Assembly (NCBI GenBank): GCA_964016885.1
Contig: OZ024748.1
Location: 43,772,001 to 43,836,000 of the forward strand
Origin: Eledone cirrhosa
Lineage: Eukaryota
Direction: 5' to 3'
DNA: 64,000 nt
Shown here: in pieces, positions 49,751 through 62,560 of the stretch
Layout: the number at the start of each line of letters is the position of its first letter
How positions within the stretch are numbered: position 1 is the first letter of the stretch
The notes under the pieces: generated by a model
The model's database searches: none
The model's input: the letters and a program-made list of their open reading frames with translations, nothing else
What the model was told of the DNA's origin: nothing
Program-made: the position numbers and the translations under genes

Positions 49751-52700
49751 CTATGAATAAAATGACCAATTTATATATATATAGGGGGCAGTTAGAAGTG
49801 TTTTTTATTTCCACCTCTCAGTCTGAGTGAAAGAACTGCCAAAGATGACCAACCATAATGGGGTGAAAAGAAAGAAACCACTTTCTTCACAAAATCCATC
49901 ATTTAGTCAATTACCTGTTGTTGTTGTTGTTGCTGTATTAATGATTTTTAAACTTTACTAACTGAATTGTTCACAACTAAAGAAAAGGGGGTCAGATTCT
50001 GTAAATTAAATGAGATTTTTTTTAATCTAAAGATAAATAAATAAATATAAAGATGAAAATGTTTAAGATATTAATGAGAACAGAGCAAGCTCACCTCCGA
50101 ACAATTAGGACCAACGATATAATTGAAGGCTGTTTTAGAAAAATAAATCCACGTGAACTCTTTAGAAATATCATCCCCACCATCACCCTTTTAACGTCTA
50201 TTTTTCCACGCTTGCATGGGTTAGATGGGTGGTGACGTTATGAGATAATTCAGGTCAGATGACCATATCTTGCTCATACGGATCTGTATTTTGACCTGGT
50301 TTCTACAGCTGGATGTCCTTCCTAATGCCTGTTACGGTGTGGACAGGGTGCTTTTTATCATGGCACCAAAATAAATTATATATCATCATCGTTTAATGTC
50401 CATTTTCCACGCTTTCAGCATGGGAGAAGAATTTGGGAGAGAATCAGGTCAGAGGACTGTATTTTGCTCACCCAGGGTTTATATATATATATATATATAT
50501 ATAGATATATAGATATATATATAGAGAGAGAGAAAGAGAAAGAGAGAGAGGGAGAGCAAGAGAGATGTATATATATATTATGTTGGTACCACAAAACATC
50601 CAGCCCACACTAAAGTGGTTGTGATGGTGACACAGCAAAAAGCACCCAGTACACACTGTAAATGTGATTGGCGTTAGGAAGGGCATCCAACAGTAGAAAA
50701 CCAGCCAGAAACTCTCCTATATGAGTGAGACATGGTCACCTGACCCAACTTACCTCTAAATGGGACAAACCCTTCTAACCCATGTTAGCATGGTAGATAG
50801 ACGTTAAACAATGATATATATATAGTGTAAGTGATCCAGTGAATTACTGGTGGTAGTACCAAAGTAAATACTCGATGCACAGGCAGAGTGTATATATATT
50901 AAGGAAAACGCAGTTTTATTATTGAATCATCAGTCTGATGAGCAGATCAATAATAGAGTTGGATCCATAACTTCTATGGATGACCTTCAGCCAATTGCGC
51001 AGAACAGGTCAATACACTAACTGCATGTAAACAAAACTGTTTCCCTTAATATATACAAACACACACACACGTACTGAATCTATATAAATTAGATGCCTAT
51101 TGCTATGTATAATTTAATAATATATATATAAGCCCAAGGTTCAATCGGGGGTAACCACAGTAAGTAAGGTACTCAATACATTAGTAGAGTGTATATAACA
51201 AATTTAATATAGAAATGGCTTCTACGGGACTAGAACCGTCTCATTCGAAGGAAATCATCAGGAAAGCTCCCTGATGATTTCTTTCAAATGAGAGAGAGAG
51301 AGACTGCTTATAAAACTAATGATTTCACCAAACTAAAATATGTGGCATAAGTTGACAAATCTTGGGTAATGACAAAGAATACGATCGCGAATACAAGCAG
51401 TCGAAACAGTGTTCCTCTAAAGGATCTTTGAAATAACATTACTCATTAGAGTGCGTAGCTCGGAGATCAGAGAGTCACTCCAGGTAGAGCCATTACTTCT
51501 CTGAATTGTGAGATCACAGCTCTGATACTATGGGAATGTGGTTAGAATGTCTCAGTAAAGAATTGGACAGATTCTATGGGCAAAACCAATTGGCAGGAGA
51601 CCCAGAGGTAAACCCCAAGCAAGATGGTTGAATAACATCCATGAGCTTGGCTGGTCACACTTGCAGAACAAACCGGATCAGTTGGAGATGGTTGTTTCTG
51701 ACAGGACCTGGTGGAAGGAATGACCCTCTCAAGAATACGTGGGCAAAGCAGCAGCAGAACAAGTTCACAAGAGCCCTGTTCACCGAGCAGGGTACCAGAG
51801 GACAAAATAGAAGACAGAAGACATTCTGCTGACATGCTTCCAAAGCTAATGAAATAACATTGAACACTAAAGCCAAATATTTTAGCAAGAAAATAGAATT
51901 GCTAATTATAAACGAATAGTTCGTTTGGTAAGTATGTATAACATTGGACACATTAAATAATGAAGGGGTTCATTAAGGAGTTAGAAATGACATGCAAATT
52001 AACACTAATTAAATCAACACTAAATAAAGAAAAAGAAAATCATGCAACTAATTCTGACAAAGCAGACAAAGACCACAGTTAAAATATAGCAACAATATTA
52101 TTGATTAATTAATATGTAACAAATATATTAACTACTTCCAGAGTTTTATATTGAATAATAATTGTTTCTACTTTTGGCACAAGACCAGCAATTACCCAGT
52201 GTATTACTGGTACTTTATTTTATCGACCCAGTAAGGATGAAAGGCAAAGTTAACCTCGGCGGAATTTGAACTCAGATCATAAAGGGACGTAACTCTATGC
52301 TTCAAAGCATGGTGTCCGACTCTCTACCGATACTGCCAATAATATGATTCGTTTACAAGCAAACAGCCTCATTATGCTGTGTTTTAGATGACCATCGCTA
52401 TCCTTTTGTTCTAGCGGTGACAATCTCTCTTCTCTGTCATGGTTAGAACAACAGGATGTCAATGGTCATCTAAAAACATAGCATAATGAGGCTGTTTGCT
52501 TGCAAACCAATTAAATATCATTATTATTCGATATAAAACTCAGGAATGTATTCAAGTATCTGCTATGTTAGAGAGGAAAGCAAAATTCTAATTGTGTTTT
52601 TTAATAACTCTTTTATGGCCATATTTCTAATGAAATTACACTATTTTAATTAACTAATTAACAGCTTGGAGGGGTTTCATAAAATTGTTTCATTATTAAG

Positions 52701-53444
52701 ATGGTATTTTTAACAGAATTTAACAAAAGGTTCTTATATAAAATTATGTTGGAACTTTTTAAAAAAGAAAAAAATTGGGGGGGGGGGGGGGGTCATAGAA
52801 ACCGAGGCAGCTTTGGGCAGGGTACTATCAAAATGGTTAAAATTATTCCTTTGAAACTCAATAAAATACACATGTGTCTAACACACAGAGTCTTTTAGTA
52901 CTAAATCAGATTTTAATGCCTAAAGCATTTATTTTGTATTATTTTGAGAAATAAATTTCTATAAAAAGAGATGATCTCTTACAATACCTTGAAGCTACAA
53001 TAACTGATGACAGGTGAATAAATAAGTTTCTTCCTTCCCAGAACAACTGGCACCAACACCCTACATTATTGTTCTCAATACAATCTTCTAAGGTTATTGT
53101 TTGTTGTCAAGACATTCCCAACTGAAAAACATCTATCTAACCATCTTTGAAATATTTTAAATATATAGAAGTTAACACACTTATTACACCTTAAGTCTCT
53201 CTATTCATGTGACAATTAACACACTTTACGTGTTTATCTGTTGCACTCGTTACACCTTACGTGTCTCTCTAATCATGTGACAATTGACACACCTTATGTG
53301 TATATGTGTTACTCATCACACCTTACATGTACCTGTATACATGTCATACACTCATCACTCCTTACGTGAACCTGTATTTATGTCAAACACTAAGGTTCTT
53401 ATATAAAATTATGTTGGAAGATATTAATTTAAATTGGAAACCTT

Positions 53445-53895
53445 TAAAATGGGTGACTTTATTTCATAAAACCAGAGCCAGCATTGGCTGGGTTGGTAAC
53501 TAAAGAGTTAAAATGGGTAACTTTATTTCATAAAACCAGAGCCAGCATTGGCTGGGTTGGTAACTAAAGAGTTAAAATGGGTAACTTTATTTCATAAAAC
53601 CAGAGCCAGCATTGGCTGGGTTGGTAACTAAAGGGTTTAAATGGGTAACTTTATTTCATAAAACCAGAGCCAGCATTGGCTGGGTTGGTAACTAAAGGGT
53701 TTAAATGGGTAACTTTATTTCATAAAACCAGAGCCAGCATTGGCTGGGTTGGTAACTAAAGGGTTTAAATGGGTAACTTTATTTCATAAAACCAGAGCCA
53801 GCATTGGCTGGGTTGGTAACTAAAGGGTTTAAATGGGTAACTTTATTTCATAAAACCAAAGCCAGTTTTGGCCAGGTTGGTAACTAAAGGGTTAA
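53445..53895. repeat. 64-bp tandem repeat, 7 copies
   Basis: aaatggg recurs at 53511, 53575, 53639 and onward; array ends in aaagggttaa. Confidence 0.93.
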
Positions 53896-53966
53896 ATATG
53901 TTTCCTAACAGACCAAGACCAACCAGACGAGGCTGCTGATGAAATAAAATAAAGTTATCAACATAC

Positions 53967-54128
53967 CATAATTTTATTAAGTCTGTATCTTTTGAAGACA
54001 ATATCTTTCATGAGTATTTCATATGGTGTCAACTCATATTCTCTTTCTAAAGAATGGTGACAATGGTCAACTTTCTTTAGCTTTACTCCATGTCGTAACT
54101 GTTTCATGATTTGAATCCAAAGTTGAGC
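53967..54128 (-). CDS. spire: Spire coding exon, WH2-A and WH2-B
   Basis: ttag acceptor and gtatgt donor; 162 nt, phase 0-0; AQLWIQIMKQLRHGVKLKKVDHCHHSLEREYELTPYEILMKDIVFKRYRLNKIM. Confidence 0.95.
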
Positions 54129-54310
54129 CTAACAAATATAAAAATAAATAACAAATATAAAATAAATAAATAAATAACAACAAATATAAAATAAATAAAT
54201 AACAAAATAAATAAATAAATAACAAATATAAAATAAATAAATAAATAACATTTTTTTTTTTTAATATTCTTTATGATTTTATAAAACTTCAAATAAAATT
54301 TCTTGTGGAT

Positions 54311-54650
54311 ACAACACCACTGCCACCAGAAACACCACTACCACCAGAAACTATACCACTACCAACACCACCACTACGACCAGAAACTATACCACTACCA
54401 ACACCACCACTACGACCAGAAACTATACCACTACCAGCACCACCACCAACAACACCACTACCACCAGAAACAATACCACCACCAACAACATCAACACTAC
54501 CACCAGAAACAATACCACTACCAGCACCACCACCAACAATACCACCAGAAACAATACCACTACCAGCACCACCACCAACAACACCAACAACACCACTACC
54601 ACCAGAAACAATACCACTACCAGCACCACCACCAACACCACTACCAACAG
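54311..54650. repeat. ACC-rich low-complexity repeat
   Basis: accaccagaaacaataccactaccagcacc units. Confidence 0.9.
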
Positions 54651-55024
54651 TCTTCTTCATCTGCAGTGTGTGAGTGTGTGAGTGAGTGTGAGTGAGTGTA
54701 TGGGTGAGAATATACCCCCCCCCCCATTATATAACTGTGCTGGATGGGCAGTGGATTGGCAGTATCGGTAGAGGGTCGGACGCCATGCTTTGATGCATAG
54801 AGTTTCCTGCCCTTGCCATTCTGAGTTCAAATCCCACTGAGGTTAACTTTGCCTTTCATCCTTTCGGGATCGATAAAATAAAGTACCAGTAATGCACTGA
54901 GTATTTGCTGGCCTTGTGCCAAAAGTAGAAACAATTATATAACTGTGCTAGTATTATGAATGGTAAAAGGTTCAATAAACCTGTATCAAATTATAAAACA
55001 GTTTAGATTCAACAATCCACTCAC

Positions 55025-55078
55025 CCAGTCTGATCTTTCAAGTGCTTCTAATTCATCAACTTGTTTACTTCGTAGAAT
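55025..55078 (-). CDS. spire: Spire coding exon, KIND-WH2 linker
   Basis: tttcag acceptor and gtgagt donor; 54 nt, phase 0-0; ILRSKQVDELEALERSDW ends in the conserved L..L...DW preceding WH2-A. Confidence 0.9.
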
Positions 55079-55210
55079 CTGAAATAACATAACAGGATAA
55101 ATATACATATATATATATATATATACATATATATACACATATATATATACATATAGATACACATATATATATACACATATAGATATATATATACACATAT
55201 AGATACACAT

Positions 55211-58200
55211 TTCGTATCAAGTCCAAATAGCCAATCTATCGCTAAAACAAACTACATTTTCTGTTTCTATTAATTGTTAAATACGAAAGTTTTGGGGCGT
55301 ATTTAACAGAACAAATTTTGTATTTTTGTTAATCGCTTGTTAAATGCAAGGACCCCATTCAATCATTACCTTCTTGCTAGCTACCCAACACCCCTCCCTC
55401 CCACCCCCACGCACCACCATTGCTATTACGTGGACCAATCATAAAACAGAGCCCCCACGCATCACCAGTATTATTACGCGGACCAATCAGAAACCAGAGG
55501 CCTATACTATCGCTTGCCTGGTTGCCTTTCGATATATGATGGATGGATGGATGGACTGCGGAATCCTGGAGAGTGGAGGTGAGAGAGAGAAAAATCTGGA
55601 CGCTCAGCGACAATGCCAAAGATAAAGACAAATTCACCTCTTGGACGAGAATGCGAGCACTCCTCATTGTTTCGACCGCGGACGGCTAACATAACCCCAT
55701 CGCCCCCCGCCCCTCACCGCCCCCAACCCCCAAACGCAATCCAAAACTTCAGAGTTGGTACCATAAATGTAGGCACCCTAAAGGGTCGCGCTAACGAGGT
55801 TGTAGAAATGCTTGAACGTAAGGAGGTCGATGTTTGTTGTATTCAAGAGACCAGGTGGAGGGGTGGGTCTGCTAGGTTCATTGAGGGTAAAAAACGATGT
55901 TATAAGCTTTTCTGGGTGGGAAACGACGATGGGCTGGGTGGAGTAGGAATCATGGTAGCAGAAAAGTGGGCAGATAAGATAATAGACGTAAATAGAGTGA
56001 ACGACAGAATAATTAAAATACGACTTGTCCTCAATAGAACTACGGTGACAGTAATATCTGCGTACGCACCCCAATCCGGACTGCCCGGCACTATAAAAGA
56101 CAGATTCTATGAGACACTGATGCTAACTACCTCCCAAATATCCGACAGTGACTATATAATTATCGCAGGCGACCTAAATGGTCACGTTGGACAACATTGT
56201 GACGGCTACGACGAAATCCATGGAGGCTATGGGTTTGGTACTAGAAATGAGGAAGGCTCCAGAATCCTGGAATTCTGTGATGCAAATAACCTAACTATCT
56301 GTAACACTAACTTCAAAAAACGTGACAATCACCTGATCACCTATAGATCCGGGGAACACACAAGCCAGGTAGATTATATCCTTACCAGAAGACGTGACAG
56401 AGTGTCTGTTGTTAACACTAAATCCCTCCCCCATGAAGAATGCACCTCCCAACATAGACTGATAATTAGCGACCTCATAGTCAGGACGAGACGTACTCGA
56501 CAACAGAAGAGGACTATCCTCAGGAGGAAAATATGGAAGCTAAAGGACCCCACAGCCAGGAATAAATTTCAAAGCATATTACTTGATGCTTTCGACAGTA
56601 AGGAAGAACATTTAGAGTCGGACAATATAGAGGGAGAGTGGGAATTTCTGAAAGCAAACCTGCTGTTGGCGACAGACGAAGTCTGTGGCTGGAGCAGGCC
56701 TGTAGGCAGGAGGAGAGTAACATGGTGGTGGAACAGTAAGGTGGAGGGGTCAATTAAGGCCAAAAAGCAGGCTTGGAAAGTATGGCGGGATGGGGGAAGT
56801 AGAGAGGACTATCAAGTGGCCAGGAGGGAAGCTAGGAGACAAGTGTACTTAGCAAGAAGGGAAGCTGAGGAAAGAAAGTTCAAGCATGTTCTACAACGCG
56901 ATGACCAAAAACGTGAGGTGTTCAGGATTGCTAGGCAATGCGTCAAGGAAAACCGTGATATTGTCGGGGAGAAGTGTGTACTAAACGACGATGGCACACT
57001 TGCCATCACCGACGCTGATAAGAAGGTAGCTTGGAAGTGTCACTATGAAAGGCTACTAAATGAGGAGAATAATTGGGAGAAAGGCAGTCTCCCCCATATC
57101 GACCCAATAGAGGGACCAGCAGTGTTAGTCGAGGGGAGTATAATAAGTAAGGCAATCAAGGATATGAAGACGGGTAAGGCGGCTGGGCCTTCGGAAATAG
57201 TTGCTGAGATGCTGAAGGCATCTGGCACGGTGGGACACACCATGGTCACCCGCATAGTTAACCAAGTCGTACAGAATGGGGTTGTTCCGAAGGACTGGCA
57301 TAGCAGCATCATCGTTAACTGTTATAAGGGTAAAGGAGACGCCCTAGATAGGAGTAACTATAGAGGCATTAAATTAATCGACCAGGTCATGAAGGTCACG
57401 GAAAAAGTAATAGCGCAACTAATCAGAGAGAGAATTGACCTAGATGAAATGCAGTTCGGGTTTGTGTCAGGCAAAAGTACCACAGACGCTCTTTTCATAG
57501 TACGACAACTACAGGAGAAGTACCTAGCTAAAGGTAAACCCCTCTACTTAGCTTTTGTCGACTTGGAGAAAGCCTTCGACAGAGTCCCCCGCTCCATTAT
57601 CTGGTGGGCTCTTAGAAAACTAGGCGTTGACGAATGGCTTGTGAGGGCTATACAAGCCATGTATAAAGAAACAGTCAGCAAGGTTAGAATTAACAACGAA
57701 TATAGTGAAGAGTTTAGCGTAAAAGTTGGCGTCCATCAGGGCTCTGTTCTCAGCCCACTACTATTTATTATTGCCCTTCAGGCTATAACAGAGGAGTTCA
57801 AGACAGGCTGCCCATGGGAACTCCTATACGCAGACGACCTGACACTCATAGCGGAATCAATGGCCGAGCTAGAGAAGAAATTCCAAACATGGAAGCACGG
57901 CCTAGAGTCAAAAGGACTTAAAATTAACCTGGCTAAGACCAAAGTACTAGTTTGTAGGAAAGAAAACAAGGCGGCGGTCCCTTCTGGGAAATGGTCGTGC
58001 TCGGTGTGTAGGAAAGGCGTAGGTAGAAACTCCATTTTATGTCCTAAATGCAAAGTATGGGTGCATAAAAGATGTAGTGGGATCACAGGTAAGCTAACTA
58101 AGAACATAGATTTTACATGTGGCCGGTGCTCTGGTGCAATAAGTAGCAGCAAGTGCCCACAAACTACTAGCTCTTTCAATTGCGCAGAGGGTTCTATAGA

Positions 58201-59144
58201 AATAGTGGACAGCTTCCGTTACCTGGGCGATAAAATCAGCAGTGGGGGAGGGTGCTCTGAAAGTACTGTAGCTAGAGTCAGAACTGGTTGGAAAAAGTTC
58301 AGAGAGCTTATACCACTATTAGCTGCTAAAGGGTTCTCACTAAAAATGAAAGGCAGGTTGTACGATGCCTGCATACGAACAGCAATGCTGCATGGCAGTG
58401 AGACCTGGGCATTGTGTGCAGAGGATATACGCAGACTAGAGAGGAACGAAGCTTGCATGCTCCGCTGGATGTGTAACAGTAATATACGTGAACGGCAAAG
58501 CATAAACGAACTAAGGAAAAAATTAGAGATAAGAGGGATCAGATGTTGTTTACTCGAGAGAAGGCTACGTTGGTATGGACACGTGATGCGCATGAAAGTC
58601 GATAGCTGTATAACAAAGTGCAGGGCAATAAAGATAGACGGTAGCCACGGAATAGGCAGACCTAGAAAAACCTGGGACGAGCTGATAAACTCCGACCTCA
58701 CACACTTACACCTCTCCAAGACAATGTCACTGGACCGAGACCTTTGGCGGTACTCAGTAACAGAGAAGACCCGCCTTGCCAGTAGGCATCTCTAACAAAA
58801 TACACCCCGTCCCGCCACCTCCCCCACCCATCCACACCACCCGTCCTATGTAAAGTTATGTTGGTGCCGCGCCATCCAGGCCGAAACAAATGAGATCGTG
58901 TAGGTGTCACGACAAAAAAACACAGTCCACGCTGTAATGTGGCCGTGTAGGCAACACGGTAAAAACCTCCCAGACCCACACTGTAAATGTGGTTGGTGTT
59001 AGGAAGGGCATCCAACTGTAGAAAACCTGCCAGACAGTCCTATGCGAGCAAGACAATCACTCTTGCCTCAAGTGGGACTACCCCCGTCCAAACCCATGCA
59101 AGCGTGGAACACGGACGTTAAACGTTGATGATGATGATGATGAT
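55211..59144 (+). mobile_element. Full-length RTE-clade LINE with 5' UTR, intact ORF, 3' UTR, (GAT)n tail and target-site duplication
   Basis: Single 1060-aa ORF; tail gatgatgat at 59127-59147; the same 29-mer gatatatatatacacatatagatacacat flanks both sides (55182-55210, 59145-59173). Confidence 0.95.
55613..58795 (+). CDS. RTE LINE ORF: APE endonuclease, reverse transcriptase and embedded PHD finger
   Basis: GTINVGTL, CIQETRW, AGDLNGH, VDYIL (APE); NYRGI, QFGF, FVDLEKAFD, GVHQGSVLSP, YADD, FRYLG (RT); C4HC3 motif; GRPRKTW. Confidence 0.95.
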   Translation: MPKIKTNSPLGRECEHSSLFRPRTANITPSPPAPHRPQPPNAIQNFRVGTINVGTLKGRANEVVEMLERKEVDVCCIQETRWRGGSARFIEGKKRCYKLFWVGNDDGLGGVGIMVAEKWADKIIDVNRVNDRIIKIRLVLNRTTVTVISAYAPQSGLPGTIKDRFYETLMLTTSQISDSDYIIIAGDLNGHVGQHCDGYDEIHGGYGFGTRNEEGSRILEFCDANNLTICNTNFKKRDNHLITYRSGEHTSQVDYILTRRRDRVSVVNTKSLPHEECTSQHRLIISDLIVRTRRTRQQKRTILRRKIWKLKDPTARNKFQSILLDAFDSKEEHLESDNIEGEWEFLKANLLLATDEVCGWSRPVGRRRVTWWWNSKVEGSIKAKKQAWKVWRDGGSREDYQVARREARRQVYLARREAEERKFKHVLQRDDQKREVFRIARQCVKENRDIVGEKCVLNDDGTLAITDADKKVAWKCHYERLLNEENNWEKGSLPHIDPIEGPAVLVEGSIISKAIKDMKTGKAAGPSEIVAEMLKASGTVGHTMVTRIVNQVVQNGVVPKDWHSSIIVNCYKGKGDALDRSNYRGIKLIDQVMKVTEKVIAQLIRERIDLDEMQFGFVSGKSTTDALFIVRQLQEKYLAKGKPLYLAFVDLEKAFDRVPRSIIWWALRKLGVDEWLVRAIQAMYKETVSKVRINNEYSEEFSVKVGVHQGSVLSPLLFIIALQAITEEFKTGCPWELLYADDLTLIAESMAELEKKFQTWKHGLESKGLKINLAKTKVLVCRKENKAAVPSGKWSCSVCRKGVGRNSILCPKCKVWVHKRCSGITGKLTKNIDFTCGRCSGAISSSKCPQTTSSFNCAEGSIEIVDSFRYLGDKISSGGGCSESTVARVRTGWKKFRELIPLLAAKGFSLKMKGRLYDACIRTAMLHGSETWALCAEDIRRLERNEACMLRWMCNSNIRERQSINELRKKLEIRGIRCCLLERRLRWYGHVMRMKVDSCITKCRAIKIDGSHGIGRPRKTWDELINSDLTHLHLSKTMSLDRDLWRYSVTEKTRLASRHL

Positions 59145-60190
59145 GATATATATATACACATATAGATACACATATATATATACACATATAGATACACATA
59201 TATATATACACATATAGATACACATATATATATACACATATATATATACACATATGTATACACACACGTATACACACACATGTATACACACACGTATACA
59301 CACACATGTATACACACACATGTATACACATGTATACACACATAGATACACAGATACACATATAGATACACATATAGATACACATATAGATACACATATA
59401 GATACACATATAGATACACATATAGATACACATATAGATACACATATAGATACACATATAGATACACACAGATACACACATAGATACACACATAGATACA
59501 CACACAGATACACATAAATACACATAGATACACACATAGATACACATAGATACACATATAGATACACATAGATACACATATAGATACACATATAGATACA
59601 CACATAGATACACACATAGATACACATATAGATACACATATAGATACACACAGATACACACAGATACACACATAGATACACATAGATACACATAGATACA
59701 CATAGATACACATAGATACACATAGATACACACATAGATACACACAGATACACACAGATACACACAGATACACATAGATACACACATAGATACACATAGA
59801 TACACATAGATACACATAGATACACATATAGATACACATAGACACATATAGATACACATATAGATACACATATAGATATACATATAGATACACACAGATA
59901 CACACATAGATACACATAGATACACATATAGATACACATAGATACACATATAGATACACATAGATACACATATAGATACACATATAGATACACATATAGA
60001 TATACATATAGATATACATATAGATACACATATAGATACACATAGATACACATATAGATACACATAGATACATATAGATACACATATAGATACACATATA
60101 GATACACATATAGATATACATATAGATATACATATAGATACACATAGATACACATATAGATACACATAGATACACATATAGATACACACT
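59145..60190. repeat. (TAGATACACA)n-type satellite
   Basis: 10-12-bp units; the same motif flanks the RTE 5' end. Confidence 0.95.
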
Positions 60191-60283
60191 CAATATTTAA
60201 ATAAAACAACTACAAAGTTAAGAGATCAAAGCTAATTGGAATTTTGGTGAAGATAAACCAAAATGTTATCTAAAGACTCTCAC

Positions 60284-60409
60284 CTTTTCACCAGTAGAGA
60301 CTGTATCAAGAAACGTAACAAGTTCATGTGTTTCAGTAAACAATGCTCGACAAACTGCCCGGTAATGAAGACTAGCATCGGAACTGCTGGACAGGTGATT
60401 CTTACACAC
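60284..60409 (-). CDS. spire: Spire coding exon, C-terminal end of KIND domain
   Basis: ttttacag acceptor and gtgag donor; 126 nt, phase 0-0; VCKNHLSSSSDASLHYRAVCRALFTETHELVTFLDTVSTGEK matches the Spire KIND motif HY.AVCRALF.ET.EL..FL. Confidence 0.93.
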
Positions 60410-60479
60410 CTGTAAAAAGTAAACATATTAAATTTGTTACCTCATTAACATTTAAATAAATAGAAATAGAGCTGGACTG

Positions 60480-60870
60480 ATAGATAGAGATAATTAAATA
60501 GAGAGATAGAGAGATAATTAAACAGATAGAGAGATAGAGAGATAATTAAACAGATAGCGAGATAGACAATTAAACAGATAGCGAGATAGACAATTAAACA
60601 GATAGAGAGATAGACAATTAAACAGATAGAGAGATAGACAATTAAACAGATAGAGAGATAGAGAGATAATTAAACAGATAGAGAGATAGACAATTAAACA
60701 GATAGCGAGATAGACAATTAAACAGATAGAGAGATAGACAATTAAACAGATAGCGAGATAAACAATTAAACAGATAGCGAGATAAACAATTAAACAGATA
60801 GCGAGATAGACAATTAAACAGATAGCGAGATAGATAATTAAATAGATAGAGAGATAGATAATTAAATAGA
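60480..60870. repeat. About 24-bp minisatellite (acaattaaacagatagcgagatag)
   Basis: Direct observation; 70 bp upstream of the KIND exon acceptor. Confidence 0.9.
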
Positions 60871-61446
60871 GAGAGTGAGAGAGACCGGTATATAGAGAGA
60901 TGTATAAATAAATTAAAATGTCAGCTAAAAACCAAATTGATATTTATGGAAAGAATGGAAGAGATAAACCAGAGGTAAGATGGTTGGATATCATCTTGTA
61001 TAAGTTAGGTTGGTTTAGCTTGGTGATCCTACTGGATCATTTGGTGATGGTTACTTTTGATACGATTCTTTGGAAAGTGGGTCTAGGCCTACTGCACACA
61101 CACACACACACACAGGAAGCAAAAGAAGAAAAAAAGAGGAGAAACGGGGGGGAAAAAGAGGAGAACAGAAAAATTGAAAAAACGAAGTTGAAAAGATGAA
61201 AAGAAAAGAAATACAAAAAAGGAAAAAGAAAGATTATGAAGAAAGTGAAAAAACTTTTTAACGAGACTTCAGTAATAATTACAACACTTATAAAAATAAG
61301 GTAATATTTTTATATTTTACTGTATTTTACTCTAGATAACAATAGGTTTTTTGGTTTATGTTTTTTTTATTTCAAATTTTTAATGATTTTTCTTTCTTGA
61401 TGAGAAAAACCATTATGTAGACAGAACCACAACAGATTCAATTACA

Positions 61447-61580
61447 ATATTGAACATTACAATTACAACACTGCAATTACGATATTGAACACTGCAATTA
61501 TGATATTGAACACTGCAATTATGATATTGAACACTGCAATTATGATATTGAACACTGCAATTACGATATTGAACACTACA
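61447..61580. repeat. 21-bp tandem repeat (atattgaacactgcaattatg), about 6 copies
   Basis: Direct observation. Confidence 0.9.
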
Positions 61581-62197
61581 CTGCGACTGATGAAACACTA
61601 TTGAGTTTGAAAATTAATGAAAATAAAACAATTTAACTACTAGATTTTAGATTTGTTTTTTAAGAAGAATGTTTTAACAATGACTAATGTCCAACATCTA
61701 AATACTGTGGAACCTTGGTTCATGAACAGTTTTTCTGAACATAAAACGTCTTGGGTGATGAACGGTATCTCAAGTAATGAACACACAAGCCAGCAACAAT
61801 ATGTGTGTATGTGACAGCTCACACCTATGCAGGTTTAGCTGGCCTCCTCCAAGGTATATCTCGGAGGGGTCTTGGGTGATTTAATGATAGGGATCCCAGT
61901 CCTATCATCTCATTTCTACAGCTGAGTAAACTGGAGCAACGTGAAATAAAGTGTCTTGCTCAAGGAAACAAGACATCACCCGGTCCAAGAATTGAACTCT
62001 CAACCTTTCAATCGCAAGCCCAATGCTCTAACCACTAAGCCATGCACCTTCACCAGCAATACATATATACATATATACAGTGGAACCTTGGTTTCGGATG
62101 CCTCTCGTTATGAACAAATTGGTTCACGATCAGTTATTTTAAATATAAAGCATCTTGGGTGACAAACGTATCTCAAGTAATGACCAGGCAAGCTGGC

Positions 62198-62231
<34 letters not shown>

Positions 62232-62237
<6 letters not shown>

Positions 62238-62529
62238 CTAAAACAGAGAATGTCTGTTTGTCTGCCTGTACAATAACTAAAACTCGAGAACCACCCAACC
62301 GATTGTCTTCAAACTTTACACATGTAATACTTATGGTCCTATTGAGTGTTCTGAGCAAACAAAATTTCAAATTTTCAATGCCCTAGGGACCGCATTAGGC
62401 TATTTAGCGATCTCTTTCTCTCTCTCTTAGTCTTTCTCTTTTTAGATAGATACATAGATACGACGTCGCGCCCTTATAATATCTGTCTGTATGCCTGGCT
62501 GTCTGCATTACGTCATTATGACACAATCA

Positions 62530-62560
<31 letters not shown>

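Noticed and set aside
49915-50129. Small exons at donors 49915 and 50095
   Set aside because: Candidate lengths do not preserve frame or contain stops, and the WH2-B and WH2-C exons join without a gap
54289-54695. Pro-rich or Gly-rich coding extension next to the WH2-A/B exon
   Set aside because: Low-complexity intronic repeat; the flanking exons already join in frame as in other Spire proteins
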